Shown here: piece after piece, positions 11,338-23,709 of the stretch
How positions within the stretch are numbered: the first letter of the stretch is position 1
Layout of the letters: every line of letters starts with the position of its first letter
Source: Leucoraja erinacea
Lineage: Eukaryota
Assembly (NCBI RefSeq): GCF_028641065.1
Contig: NW_026576938.1
Coordinates: 62,001 to 111,886, forward strand
Direction: 5' to 3'
Length of the DNA stretch: 49,886 nt
Position numbers and translations under genes: made by a program
Notes under the pieces: generated by a model
Seen by the model: only the letters and a program-made list of their open reading frames with translations
What the model was told of the DNA's origin: nothing
Database searches by the model: none

Positions 11338-14300
11338 AAGCCAACAAACATCATCAGAACATATTGAACTTAAACTAATGGCACTGACCTCCTAGTTTCC
11401 TGAGGTCATTCCTGAACTCTTTTGTAATTATTTGAAATTTGTGTTTAAAACATTCTGATGGTGGGGGCTCAAAGTCCAATCGGGGCTTTTGGTATCTTCT
11501 TGGATTACTGTTGTATATGTTGCCTTCTGTACATTATTTTTAATTGTTCTGCTTGGTGGTTTTACTTTGTATAGCTTTGTTTAAATATCATGTTTTCTAA
11601 GGTGGCTTTTTACCAATAAACAGCCTCTTGAAGTTTAACCATGTAGTGATGTTTCTATTTGACACGAGGAACTGCAGATGGTGGTTTACAATAAAAGAGA
11701 AACTAAATGCTGGAGTTACTCAATGGGCTGGGCAGCATCTCTGGAGAACCTGGTTATGTCACATTTTGGTTACGGACTCATCTCGACTCTTTGTATGCAT
11801 ATCTAATCCGTGAGAGATGTAGAGGTATGGTGACCTAGTGGTTTGGGCAGCATGTCTGGAGAACATGGTTCAGTGTCATTTTGGGTTGGGACCATTATTT
11901 AGACATTTCATATGTATATGTGCTAAAGTAACTTAGTGAGTTGCAGCATCACTGACGAACATGGATAGTCACAGTCCTGAGCTGAAACAACACCTATCCA
12001 TGTTCTCCAGAGAGAACGCATGACTTGCTGAGATACTTCGGCACTTTGCTTCCTCTCATGTCTTGCTTCAACTCTTGACACTTCCCCCACTCCCATCTCT
12101 ATTCTCCTCCCAGCAGCCAATTTGAAGCCTCGGGCTATTACCATTATGATTTGAATTTGTTAATTCTGTGGAGAACGATGGTATGAAAACTCTTTGCTAC
12201 CATTCTAAGGTAAACCAATGTCAGCTCTCGTAAGCTGAATATTCTGCCTGTCTGCACAGGTATGCCTGGCCCATTGTAATGGCTATCTTGAACCAAGACC
12301 ATTTCAACCTGTTGACCCAAATTTTGTTAAAACAACCAGTTCTTTGAGACCATTATCTGATCTCATGGTTATTGTCTATCTTAATTGCTAGGCGGTTGCA
12401 GGGAAGGCATGAGGGAAGGTGGTGATTGCCAGCTCCACAAGAGTAAGTGACAAAGCCCAGGGACGCAAAGGAGATCAAAAGGTGTCAGATGAGGGGAGAG
12501 GGACACGACAGTGGGAAAAATGGATGGAGACCTTCTGCGATTCCTTGTTTTTCCTGTTTTTGTGCTTGCGATATTAATCCTTACTTTGAAGGAAACATGT
12601 CAATTAAGTTCCCTGCTTTCCGAAATACCTCGCAGTACTATTAAACTAATTGAACGTGTACAGCTGTGGCCATTGAGCAAGCCTACAAGTACTATTTACC
12701 CACCACAGCCCTTCTGTTCTATCACTTGAACTCCTTTGCGAAACATATTTTGAACTGACTACCCATAATAAACCCCTTAACGCGTAGTTTTATGGCTGAC
12801 AAAGGTCACATGCTTAAAATGCGTCAGTCTGGAATGTGTCTCCATTCTTGGTGAAGTTGGCACAATTCTCTCTGACTGCTCTCTGAACCCCTTTGGAGAT
12901 GAAGAACCTAAATGTCCCCCTTTTTTTCATATCAAAAAAATAATTTATTTAAATTCCAACATGATACAATTTTTTTTTTAAGCACAAAACCGTGGTGACA
13001 CACCCACCACCACATTACAGAATCACCAAACTATTCAGACATTAAATTACAAACAACTATGTTACAAATAACATCACCCTCTCCAACACCACCCGGGCGC
13101 GGACGTAACCCCGGGAAAGGGGCACGCATCCAGGCTCGGGCAAAGCCCTCTTCCGCCTGGCGCCGTGACTCGAGGATGGCCAGCTTGGCCAGGCCAAGGA
13201 TCAACCCAACCAGGGCATCTTCGGCCCTGCTCTCTCCCAATATCCCGTCACCAGTCCTTCGGTCACTGACAGTGGTGCCACTTCTGTCCCTGCGGACCCC
13301 TAGGTCAAGTGGCGGTGCTCCTTGCCCTCTGGACCCTGGCTACGAGGGACGCTCTATTGGTCCCCCGATGTTCCCCATGGTTGCTTCCCACTATTGTGTC
13401 GGGGAGTCTTCGACCCCCCCCCCCCCCCTCCCCCTCGGCGCACCACCACCCCAACCCACACCCCCACCACCTACCGTTGTTACAAAACCTACCATCAGCG
13501 GCGCTCCAGTTCTGCCACTGCCTGTGCGTGCGATTCCGGAGGCAGTGGTAGGCGATTCCGGAGGCTGTGGGGGACGGATTAAAATTCAGGTTTGTATTGG
13601 TTGTCAAAGAGGTATTTGCTCGGACTTACAAGTTGATAAAGAAAATTCGTTCTGCGCTTCTGTTCCCGTTTTAAAAAAAGCTGCTGGACGATTGCATCAG
13701 TGGATTGAATTTAAACGCGACTTCTAACGCCTTCAACATCTCGGATCAAAATCAACATCAAGGACTTCCACATCAGGACAAAACAAAAGTTATCTTATTT
13801 ATTTAACATCTTACCTTGCTTCTTGGTGTAGTTTCATTTTAATCTGATGATTCAAGGTATGTTATTTAGGCCCCGATATCGGCCATGTCTTGCCTGCCTA
13901 TATAGCGGGGCTTATCATGGCAGCGGCCACATTCCGATCTATCACAAAGCACTCTCAAGATAACTAAATTCATTATTTGTTTACACAATCATCTCATAAG
14001 AACATGTAACTAGTCTACATTTTGTGTTTTTGTCTATTTTTAAAAAAAAATTATATTTTTAGCCTTTTAAGAATGAGATGTTTAGATCTAGTAATTGGAT
14101 TTAGATGAATTTCATTGATTTGATGACACTGATGAACATGCTTTTTTTGTTGAGTATTTACTATTTGTTTTAACGTTACAATAATATTAAAGTTCTGATC
14201 TTGAGAATATCACATTTTTGATTTTTTAAGGAAGTCTGGGTGTTTATTACTATTTCCGTCACAACGGCCAATTTGTAATTAAGTAAGTAAATAAGTAAGT

Positions 14301-15478
14301 AAGTAAGTTTATTGGCCAAGTATTCCCATACAAGGAATTTGCCTTGGTGATCCACCCACAAGCAACAACATGACATACAGTGACAGTTACGAATGACTCA
14401 GAAAACACTAAACATTAATAATAATAAAATATTAATGATAAAACACCATTGACCAAGCATGTGAACCAACAAAATACCAGATCAAAGGGAGGCTACAGTT
14501 AGGGAACTACTAATCTACAATTGGGTAACCTTAGAAGATTGAGGAGGGACCTTATAGAAACTTACAAAATTCTTAAGGGGTTGGACAGGCTAGATGCAGG
14601 AAGATTGTTCCCGATGTTGGGGAAGTCCAGAACAAGGGGTCACAGTTTAAGGATAAGGGGGAAGTCTTTTAGGACCGAGATGAAAAAACATTTTTCACAC
14701 AGAGAGTGGTGAATCTGTGGAATTCTCTGCCACAGAAGGTAGTTGAGGCCAGTTCATTGGCTATATTTAAGAGAGAGTTAGATGGGGCCCTTGTGGCTAA
14801 AGGGATCAGGGGGGTATGGAGAGAAGGCAGGTACAGGATACTGAGTTGGATGATCAGCCTTGATCATATTGAATGGCAGGGCAGACTCGATATGGGTTTT
14901 TTTGCCTTCCTTCACAGCGAGGAGAAGATGCGCTATGAAGGATGTTTGTGTAAATTGTGTTGTGTCTTGGGTCTTTCTCGTTTTGTATGTATGACTGCAG
15001 AAACGACATTTCGTTTGGACCTCAACGGGGTCCAAACCACAAATAAATTGTATTGTATTGTATTGTAAGGCCCGATGGCCTGTACATATTTTCTATGTTT
15101 CTCACTAATTATATGCTTTAATTTCATGTCATCCAAGTAAGATGTATCATATTTGTTTCAGAATACTTCAATCTACAATGACTGACAATTTCATTCTGTT
15201 CTCTAATTTGTTAAGAAATCTATGGGCTTTTATGTCAATCGACTGACATCCATCTCAGCTTCTGTGTTAAGTTGATGGAAAAGCAATAGGGAGCAAGATG
15301 CTAATTTCCCAGTATGAAAAGGACCATAACTTTTTTAATACTGAAGACATTAACGTGAATTCGGTATCAGATTAAAGTTATTGTTATGCTTAATCTGATG
15401 GGATAAATTACAGGCTTGATTTTTACAATATCAAAAATGTGTAACATTCCTGCACCACCCCCGCTCCCACCCACACAA

Positions 15479-15882
15479 CAACTTTCCAGCACTTTCTGGC
15501 CACTCTCCGGAACTTTCTGCCACTTTCCCGAACTTTACAGAACTTTCTCGCTCAATCTAAAGCCGCCGCCCCCAGCAGCTTCCTGCATTCGTCGATGAGA
15601 TCACCGACACGCTCTCCCATTGGCCGGCGGCGCCGTCAATCCAAGCGTGGGCGGGTCTTGCGCGGGTCCAACCCCCGCCATTGGCTGGTGGTTCGGGGAG
15701 TCTAACCTCATTGGCCGACAGGTCCCGGCGAATCCCCGCCCCCGGCGGCGCCGGTCTCCCCTACGATTGGTCAATTGCTTCAGAACGTTCTCCAACGTTC
15801 TGGCGGTGACTCACCGGCGCCTCCTCCCATTGGTCGAGCCCAGCGCAGCGCTGCCCACATCTGGGACGCTCAAGGTATATAA
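15479..15882 (+). promoter_or_regulatory. Hsp70 copy 3 promoter
   Basis: Distal HSE array 15479-15548; proximal HSE, AP-1 and ATTGG boxes retained; TATATAA 15876-15882. Confidence 0.85.
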
Positions 15883-16080
15883 GGAGCTGGTGGCTGGTTG
15901 TTCGAGCAACTTGCAGCGGGACAGAGAGAGAAAGAAGGAAAGAACTATCGGAAAGAAAGCAGAAGCTAAAGAAGGAAGAGAAGAAGAGGAAGGAAAAGAA
16001 GAAGTGGAAGGAAAAGTGGAAAAAGCAACGACTGCGACTGAAGACAGGAATCTGAAGACAAACTTTGTCGAGAACCAGAG

Positions 16081-17946
16081 ATGCCAGGATCCAAGGGGAC
16101 AGCCATCGGCATCGACCTGGGCACCACCTACTCATGTGTCGCCGTCTTCCAACATGGCAAGGTGGAAATCATCGCCAACGACCAGGGCAACCGCACCACC
16201 CCCAGCTACGTGGCCTTCAACGACACCGAGAGGCTCATCGGCGACGCTGCCAAGAACCAGGTGGCCATGAACCCGTCCAACACCGTCTTCGACGCCAAGA
16301 GGCTCATCGGGAGGAGGTTCGACGACCCCGTGGTCCAGGCCGACATGAAGCACTGGCCCTTCCAGGTGGTGAGCGACGCTGGGAAGCCCAAGGTGAAGGT
16401 GGAGTACAAGGGGGAGAATAAAACCTTCTACCCGGAGGAGATCTCCTCCATGGTGCTGACCAAGATGAAGGAGGTGGCCGAGGCTTACCTGGGCTACAAT
16501 GTCACCAATGCTGTTGTCACCGTGCCCGCTTACTTCAATGACTCCCAGCGGCAGGCAACCAAAGATGCCGGCGTGATCGCTGGTCTCAATGTCCTGCGTG
16601 TCATCAACGAACCAACTGCAGGTGCCATTGCCTACGGCCTGGACAAGAAGGGCAGTGGAGAGCGCAATGTCCTCATCTTTGACCTGGGTGGCGGCACCTT
16701 CGACGTGTCCATCCTCGCCATCGATGACGGTATCTTTGAAGTGAAGTCCACCACCGGCGACACCCACCTGGGTGGAGAGGACTTTGACAATCGCATGGTC
16801 AGCCACTTCATTGAGGAGTTCAAGCGGAAAAACAAGAAGGACATTAGCCCGAACAAGAGGGCGGTGAGGAGGCTGCGGACAGCCTGCGAGAGAGCTAAGA
16901 GAACCTTGTCTTCCAGCACCCAAGCCAGTATTGAGATCGACTCTCTGTTTGAGGGCATTGACTTCTACACCTCGATCACCAGGGCTCGGTTTGAGGAACT
17001 GAACGCTGACCTGCTCCGAGGCACGCTGGAGCCGGTGGAGAAAGCCTTGAGAGATGCCAAGTTGGACAAGTCTCAGGTCCATGAGATTGTCCTGGTCGGC
17101 GGCTCCACCCGCATCCCCAAGATCCAGAAGATGCTGCAAGATTTCTTCAACGGCAAGGAGCTGAACAAGAGCATCAACCCTGACGAGGCGGTGGCCTACG
17201 GGGCGGCTGTCCAAGCGGCCATTCTGATGGGGGACAAGTCGGAGAACGTCCAGGATCTGCTGCTCCTGGACGTTGCTGCTCTGTCCATGGGTCTGGAGAC
17301 GGCGGGCGGTGTCATGACCACACTCATCAAGAGGAACACCACCATTCCCACCAAGCAGACCCAGATCTTCAGCACCTACACTGACAACCAGCCTGGCGTC
17401 CTCGTTCAGGTATACGAGGGCGAGAGGGCCATGACCAAGGACAACAACCTCCTGGGCAAGTTTGACTTGAGCGGCATCCCACCTGCCCCTCGTGGAGTGC
17501 CCCAGATCGAGGTGACCTTCGACATCGACGCCAATGGCATCCTCAACGTGTCTGCCGCTGACAAGAGCACTGGCAAGACAAACAAGATCACCATCACCAA
17601 CGACAAGGGCCGGCTGAGCAAGGAGGAGATTGACCGAATGGTTCAAGATGCAGAGAAGTACAAGAATGAGGATGAAATGCAGAGGGAGAAGGTCGCAGCC
17701 AAGAACTCCCTGGAGTCCTACGCCTACAACGTGAAGAGCACGATGGCCGATGAGAAGGTGGCGAGTAAGGTCAGCGATGAGGACGAGAGGGCGGTGGTTG
17801 ACCGGTGCAACCAGACGATATCGTGGCTGGAGAAGAATCAGACGGCAGAGGTCGAGGAGTTTCAGCACCAGCAGAAAGAGCTGGAGAAAGTCTGCCGTCC
17901 CGTCATTGCCAAACTTTCCCAAGGAGCGGCCCCGGGAGAGTCATGA
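16081..17946 (+). CDS. hsp70: Heat shock 70 kDa protein, copy 3, C-terminally truncated (621 aa, no EEVD)
   Basis: TGC (Cys622) in copies 1/2 is TGA at 17944-17946; the ancestral frame continues intact to EEVD-TGA at 18003. Confidence 0.93.
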   Translation: MPGSKGTAIGIDLGTTYSCVAVFQHGKVEIIANDQGNRTTPSYVAFNDTERLIGDAAKNQVAMNPSNTVFDAKRLIGRRFDDPVVQADMKHWPFQVVSDAGKPKVKVEYKGENKTFYPEEISSMVLTKMKEVAEAYLGYNVTNAVVTVPAYFNDSQRQATKDAGVIAGLNVLRVINEPTAGAIAYGLDKKGSGERNVLIFDLGGGTFDVSILAIDDGIFEVKSTTGDTHLGGEDFDNRMVSHFIEEFKRKNKKDISPNKRAVRRLRTACERAKRTLSSSTQASIEIDSLFEGIDFYTSITRARFEELNADLLRGTLEPVEKALRDAKLDKSQVHEIVLVGGSTRIPKIQKMLQDFFNGKELNKSINPDEAVAYGAAVQAAILMGDKSENVQDLLLLDVAALSMGLETAGGVMTTLIKRNTTIPTKQTQIFSTYTDNQPGVLVQVYEGERAMTKDNNLLGKFDLSGIPPAPRGVPQIEVTFDIDANGILNVSAADKSTGKTNKITITNDKGRLSKEEIDRMVQDAEKYKNEDEMQREKVAAKNSLESYAYNVKSTMADEKVASKVSDEDERAVVDRCNQTISWLEKNQTAEVEEFQHQQKELEKVCRPVIAKLSQGAAPGES

Positions 17947-19914
17947 CGAGATCAGGCCCGGGACACCGCTTCCTCAGGGCCCACCATTGAGGAGGTGGAT
18001 TGAAAGCCAACAAACATTATCAGAACATATTGAACTTAAACTAATGGCACTGACCTCCTAGTTTCCTGAGGACATTCCTGAACTCTTTTGTAATTATTTG
18101 AAATTTGTGTTCAAAACATTTTGATGGTGGGGGGTAACCCATCGGGGCTTTTGGTATCTTCTTGGATTACTGTTGTATATGTTGCCTTCTGTACATTATT
18201 TTTAATTGTTCTACTTGGTGGTTTTACTTTGTATAGCTTTGTTTATATATCATGTTTTCTAAGGTGGCTTTTTACCAATAAACAGCCTCTTGAAGTTTAA
18301 CCATGTAGTGGTGTTTCTATTTGACACAAGGAACTGCAGATGGTGGTTTACAATCAAAGAGAAACTAAATGCTGGAGTAACTCAATGGGCTGGGCAGCGT
18401 CTCTGGAGAACCTGGTTATGTGACATTTTGGTTACGGACTCATCTCGACTATTTGTATGCATATCTAATCCGTGAGAGATGCAGAGGTATGGTGACCTAG
18501 TGGTTTGGGCAGCATGTCTGGAGAACATGGTTCAGTGTCATTTTGGGTTGGGACCATTATTTAGACATTTCATATGCATATGTGCTAAAGTAACTTAGTG
18601 AGTTGCAGCATCACTGACGAACATGGATAGTCACAGTCCTGAGCTGAAACAACACATATCCATGTTCTCCAGAGAGAACGCATGACTTGCTGAGATACTT
18701 CGGCACTTTGCTTCCTTTTATGCCTTGTTTCAACTCTTGACACTTACCCCACTCCCATCTCTATTCTCCTCCCTGCAGCCAATTTGAAGCCTCAGGCTAT
18801 TAACATTAAGATTTGAGTTTGTTAATTCTGTGGGGAATAATGGTACGAAAACTCTTTGCTACAATTCTAATGCAATTCCAATGTCAACTCTCGTAAGCTG
18901 AATATTCTGCCTGTCTGCACAGGTATGCCTGGCCCATTGTGATGAATACCTTGAACCAAGACCATTTCAACCTTTGACCCAGATTTTGTTAAAACAACCA
19001 GTTCTTGGAAATATGATCTTATCTCATGGTTATTGGTATGGGATAGTTTATTGACTGGGAATTGGTGCAAAAGGGCTTGATTGGAGAAAAATATAGTCTG
19101 GACCTTGGGGAGGAGTTACTGAAATAGGGTTAAGGCAGAGCTTACCATAATTAGACACAACATTCTTGTAGCTATTAAACTACCTTTTGTTGAAAATCTA
19201 GAAGGTAGAGGAAAAATTTTGTTTTCCAAACCCCGAAACTCCCTCGCTCGTAACTCCTTAATTGCCATTGACATGATTGTTTTTATAAAGCATTTTTCCT
19301 ATAGCTTGAAGCTTCTTAAGAAAACAACTATTGCGTTTTAGCCGAACTACCTATAGTTGTATCATTAGTCATGTCAAATGCCTGGTCACAAGAGTCAAGA
19401 TGACATTCTTACCAACAGCAGCATAACAGGCCTGTAAGCACAATACTCATAGATAACATATTAAACAAAAAACAATAAATAACAACCAAGAAAAGAAAAA
19501 CAAATACTAGTGCAAATGTCCAAAGTTCTTTGTTCATAGTTTAGTTAGTTTTAAAGTTTTAGTTTAAAGATACAGCAGGGAAACAGACGTGCAGATGCTG
19601 GTCTCCAGAGTCAGAGATGCTGCCTGATCCGCTGAGTTAACCCAGCATTTTGTGTCTATCTTCACTGATCATACTGTTGTGTTGCAAGCAAGTCAGGTGG
19701 AATATGAGGTGCTGCACTGCTCTGCAATTAACCAATAGTTGAGAGAGAGTGATACAGTGTGGAAACAGGCCCTTCGGACCAACTCACCTACACCGGCCAA
19801 CAGTTCCCAGCTACACTAGTCCCACCTGCCTGCATTTGGTCCATATCCCTCCAAACCTGTCCTATCCATGTACATAACTAACTGTTTCTTAAACGCTGGG
19901 ATAGCACCTGCCTC

Positions 19915-20425
19915 CCTAATTTTGAGGAAGGACATCCTTGTGATTGAGGCAGTGCAGCATAGGTTCATGAGATTGATCCCTGGGATGGCGGGACTGTCAT
20001 ATGAGGAAAGATTGAAAAGCTTAGGCTTGTATTCACTGGAGTTTAGAAGATTGAGGGGGGATCTTATAGAAACTTATAAAAGGACTGGACAAGCTAGATG
20101 CAGGAAAAATGTTCCCAATGTTGGGCGAGTCCAGAACCAGGGGCCACAGTCTTAGAATAAGAGAAGGCCATTTAAGACTAAGGTGAGAAATAACATTTTC
20201 ACCCAGAGAGTTGTGAATTTGTGGAATTCCCTGCCACAGAGGGCAGTGGAGGCCAAATCACTGGATGGATTTAAGAGAGAGTTAGATAGAGCTCTAGGGG
20301 TTAGTGGAGTCAAGGGATATGGGGAGAAGGCAGGCACGGGTTATTGATTGGGGATGATCACAATGAATGGTGGTGCTGGCTCGAAGGGCCACATGGCCTC
20401 CTCCTGCACCTATTTTCTATGTTTC
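19915..20425 (+). mobile_element. CR1-like LINE 3' fragment
   Basis: KDILVIEAVQHRFMRLIPGMAGLSYEERLKSLGLYSLEFRRLRGDLIETYK plus CR1 3' UTR. Confidence 0.85.
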
Positions 20426-20938
20426 AACTACCTCATCTGACAGCTTGTTCCATACACCCCCAGAAGATGATGGATGACAGCATCAGTCTGCATAGTTTGC
20501 AGGAGGGGGTGGGGGGGGGGGGGGGGGGAGGAGGAGGGGAGGTGGAGACAAGGGGGGAGGAGGACTTGCAGGTCCTGTGTTGAATTGATGCATTCAATGC
20601 AGCCGTTCGGGATGTCGGCTCAGCCCATCACAGGTCCTGACCTCTCCGCCATCGAAGGGAATTACAGGAGTCATTGCCTTAAAAAGGCAGCCAGCATCAT
20701 CAGAGATGCACATCACCCGGCCACACTCTCATTTAACCCCTGCCATCAGAATCCTGAAAACTGATGTCCAAGTTGAGGAACAACTTCTTCCCTACAGCTG
20801 TTAGGCTATTAAACACAGCAACCCCAAATAACCTCTGAGCTACATAGACAATTATTTGTTAGTAATACACTATTATTATCTATTTTTTATATGTATTTAG
20901 GTGTTCGTGTGTGTGTGTATATACATACAGAAGCTGGA

Positions 20939-21272
20939 CACAAAACGCTGGAGTAATTCAGCGGGACAGGCAGCATCTCTAGATTGAAGGAATGGGTGTC
21001 ATTTTGTGTCGAGACCCTTCTTCAGACTGATAGTCGGGAGAGGGAGACACAGAGATAAGGAAGAGGAAGGTGTGAAAAGGGACATCAAGGGAGATGCTAT
21101 CAAGTAAATGTAAAATATATCATTGTTAGCTGGGAGAAGGTGACGAGAGAGAAGGGTTTCGGCCCGAAACGTCGCCTATTTTCTTCGCTCCATAGATGCT
21201 GCTGCACCCGCTGAGTTTCTCCAGCAATTTTGTGCACCTTTGATCTTCCAGCATCTGCAGTTCCTTCTTGAA
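20939..21272. mobile_element. Inverted pair of Penelope-derived short repeats (pseudo-LTR-like)
   Basis: GCTGGAGTAAnTCAGCGGG...GAGACCCTTCTTCAGAC followed by the reverse-complement family member GGGTTTCGGCCCGAAACGTC...CCGCTGAGTTTCTCCAGC. Confidence 0.65.
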
Positions 21273-21384
21273 CACTAAAGTTAATATCGCTCTTGTTTCC
21301 CCCAAAAACATTTTTTGTTTAACTCCACCCTCCACCACCCCCAGTTTAAATTCCATTTGGAGTATTTTTGGAGGACCAGGAATC

Positions 21385-21536
21385 CAATTTTATTCGTCAC
21401 ATGAAATGAATTTCATCCCTCCATCCCTTTCCTAGTTCTTCGGCCAGGCTTACTGTCAGAGGGGACAGTAAGCCTGGCCGAAGAACTAGGAAAGGGATGG
21501 AGGGATGAAATTCATTTCATGTGACGAATAAAATTG
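21385..21536. repeat. Perfect inverted repeat, 73-bp arms, 6-nt spacer
   Basis: 21385-21457 is the exact reverse complement of 21464-21536; spacer AGAGGG. Confidence 0.95.
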
Positions 21537-21834
21537 ACTTTGACTTTGAGAGGGAAAGCAAAGGGTTACTTGAAGTTCGGGGCCAACCCAGTACACACAC
21601 TGAACTTTTTTTTCTCGTCTCTTATATCGTTTACATTGCACTGTGTTTACATATTCTGTCGTGCTGCTGCAAGTAAGACTCACATTGTTCTATCTCGGAC
21701 ACAGTGAACACACTCTCTGACTCACCTCCCCTCCTCAAGAGCGGACCAAACACAACCAGCCCACTCCCCTCCCCAACTCAAAATCCATCCCCATTTCCTG
21801 CTCATCATTGTGTCTCGATCGCTTCAAACGGATC

Positions 21835-21916
21835 ATGGTTTCACTGACAGGGAATCGCTTCTCTGACATGCTGGTCCCTATTTTGTTCTTTCTATCCCCG
21901 GGGATTTCGTATACAG
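21835..21916 (+). CDS. NPDC1: NPDC1-like exon 1 (signal peptide; alternative start ATG 21868)
   Basis: MVSLTGNRFSDMLVPILFFLSPGISYT-G; strong donor CAG|GTAAGG, phase 1, compatible with exon 2; non-repetitive context. Confidence 0.65.
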
Positions 21917-22417
21917 GTAAGGCAGGGATCATACCCGCTGCATATCAAATGTACGTCTGGGTATTGCATGCGCCGTCTGCAGCCAATTTCAATCATAAAA
22001 TTATTGCAACATTAGATCTGAAATGGACAGACAGGAATGCTAGATATTATTCGGTTTGAGTAAATGCGTGCTCGGTCGAGCTGAAATTGCTATGTAGACC
22101 CTGACGTGCAGCAAATAGCTTTATATTCTTGCAATAATGAAACAACCCAGTGATATTTTCGTTTATTAACAAGATTCAGAATAGCAAGGGCCCTGGGGGA
22201 TTTACTCTCGCGACTGCAAGTAAGATTTATGAATCAAAGAATATGAGTGTTTTTGAATCTTGGATGAAAAATCTCATGTTATGCTTCTTTTAGCTTGTCA
22301 ATTTGTGCAGAGGTTCTAGGGACCCTCTGCGTTTAATCCTCTGTGGGGTTTTTTTAAAAGTGCGACTGAAACATTCTCCGTCTACCTGTGGCTTCATGTA
22401 AGATACGGTTCTCTCTT

Positions 22418-22625
22418 GGCGCTGCGGTAGAGTTGCTGCCTAACACAGCGCCACAGACCAGGGTTCGATCCTGACCACCGGTGCTTGTACGTTCCTCCCG
22501 TGACCGCGAGGGTTTTCTCCGGGTGCTCCTGTTTCCCACATGTAAACGTTTGATTGGCTTCTGAAAATTGTGTGTGGGATAGTGCTAGTGGGCGAGGTTC
22601 GCTGGTCGGCGTCGACGCCGTTTCT
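22418..22625 (+). mobile_element. tRNA-derived SINE
   Basis: A-box-like GGCGCTGCGGTAG and B box GGTTCGATCC; related copies at ~36685-36955 (-), ~44015-44170 (+), ~45550-45850. Confidence 0.7.
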
Positions 22626-22848
22626 CCAAAGACGCGAATGTGAGGATGGTTTTCGGTTGCAAGCTGCTAAGTGTTGGGGAGGGTGTGCATGCAATCTCCG
22701 TCCCCGACACTGGGTGGCGTTTTGGAGACCGGTCATAAGGTTTAGGTGCAGAATTAGGCCATTCAGCCCATCAAGTCGACACCGCCATTCAATCATGACT
22801 GATCTAACTCTCCCTCCCAACCCCATTCCCCTGCCTTCTCCACATAAC

Positions 22849-22880
<32 letters not shown>

Positions 22881-22940
22881 AATCAAGTCCTAGCAACCAA
22901 GGCCAGTGGTGACGGATACATAAGATAATCTTATAAGATA

Positions 22941-22972
22941 GTCTGAAGAAGGGTCTCGACCCGAAACGTCAC
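22941..22972 (+). ncRNA. Minimal type I hammerhead ribozyme motif in a Penelope-derived repeat
   Basis: gt-CTGAAGA-a-GGGT ctcg ACCC-GAAA-CG-TC-ac: intact catalytic core, stem II hairpin, palindromic ACGT stem III. Confidence 0.7.
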
Positions 22973-23224
22973 ATATTCCTTCACTCTATAGATGCTGCCT
23001 CACCCGCTGAGTTTCTCCACCATTTATATCTACCTAAGATAATCTTCCATAGGTTAAGAGCGTACTACAGATTTTAGTATTTTGAAGCAAATTATAAGGA
23101 TAGAGAGACATTTCTAGACCAGAACAAATGGTTTTAATGTCAACTTTTAATCTAAAGTTACAGCAGGATCTTAATCAGTTGGGCAAGTGGTATGAGGACT
23201 GGTGAAATGAGTTGAATGCAGGTA

Positions 23225-23670
23225 ATAAACAATAGACAATAGGTGCAGGAGTAGGCCATTCGGTCCTTCAAGCCAGCACCACCATTCATAGAAACATAGA
23301 AACATAGTAATTAGGTGCAGGAGTAGGCCATTCGGCCCCTCGAGCCTGCACCGCCATTCAATATGATCATGGCTGATCATCCAACTCAGTATCCCGTACC
23401 TGCCTTCTCTCCATACCCTCTGATCTCCTTAGCCACAAGGGCCACATCTAACTCCCTCTTAAATATAGCCAATGAACTGGCCTCAACTATCCTCTGTGGC
23501 AGAGAGTTCCAGAGATTCACCACTCTCTATGTGGAAAAAGTTCTTCTCATCTCGGTTTTAAAGGATTTCCCCCTCATCCTTAAGCTGTGACCCCTTGTCC
23601 TGGACTTCCCCAACATCGGGAGCAATCTTCCTGCATCTAGCCTGTCCAACCCCTTAAGAATTTTGTAAGT
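23225..23670 (-). mobile_element. CR1-like LINE 3' fragment
   Basis: TYKILKGLDRLDAGRLLPMLGKSRTRGHSL plus CR1 tail repeats. Confidence 0.85.
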
Positions 23671-23709
23671 AATGTGATCATGGCTGATCCTGTGTTCATG
23701 GCTGAGAGT

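Larger units (their letters stand above)
5659..12374 (+). repeat. Hsp70 tandem unit B (6716 bp)
   Basis: Colinear with unit C 12375-19035 along its whole length. Confidence 0.9.
12375..19035 (+). repeat. Hsp70 tandem unit C (6661 bp), last unit of the array
   Basis: Colinear with unit B; similarity stops abruptly after 19035. Confidence 0.9.

Noticed and set aside
16132-17922. 596-aa antisense ORF over Hsp70 copy 3 (316+316 aa in copies 1 and 2)
   Set aside because: Well-known Hsp70 antisense shadow ORF caused by codon bias; its stops move between copies with synonymous TCA/TCG/TCC changes, so it shows no sign of selection
1381-18003. Mosaic sharing of variants among the three Hsp70 copies as proof of gene conversion
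   Set aside because: With three sequences and no outgroup, every pattern can be explained by independent mutation
18930-19030. Box C/D snoRNA (GTGATGA) by analogy to snoRNAs near human HSPA1B
   Set aside because: The C box is not conserved in units A and B, and there is no matching D box or terminal stem
22418-22480. tRNA gene
   Set aside because: Has A/B boxes but no full cloverleaf, and continues into a SINE body repeated elsewhere in the window
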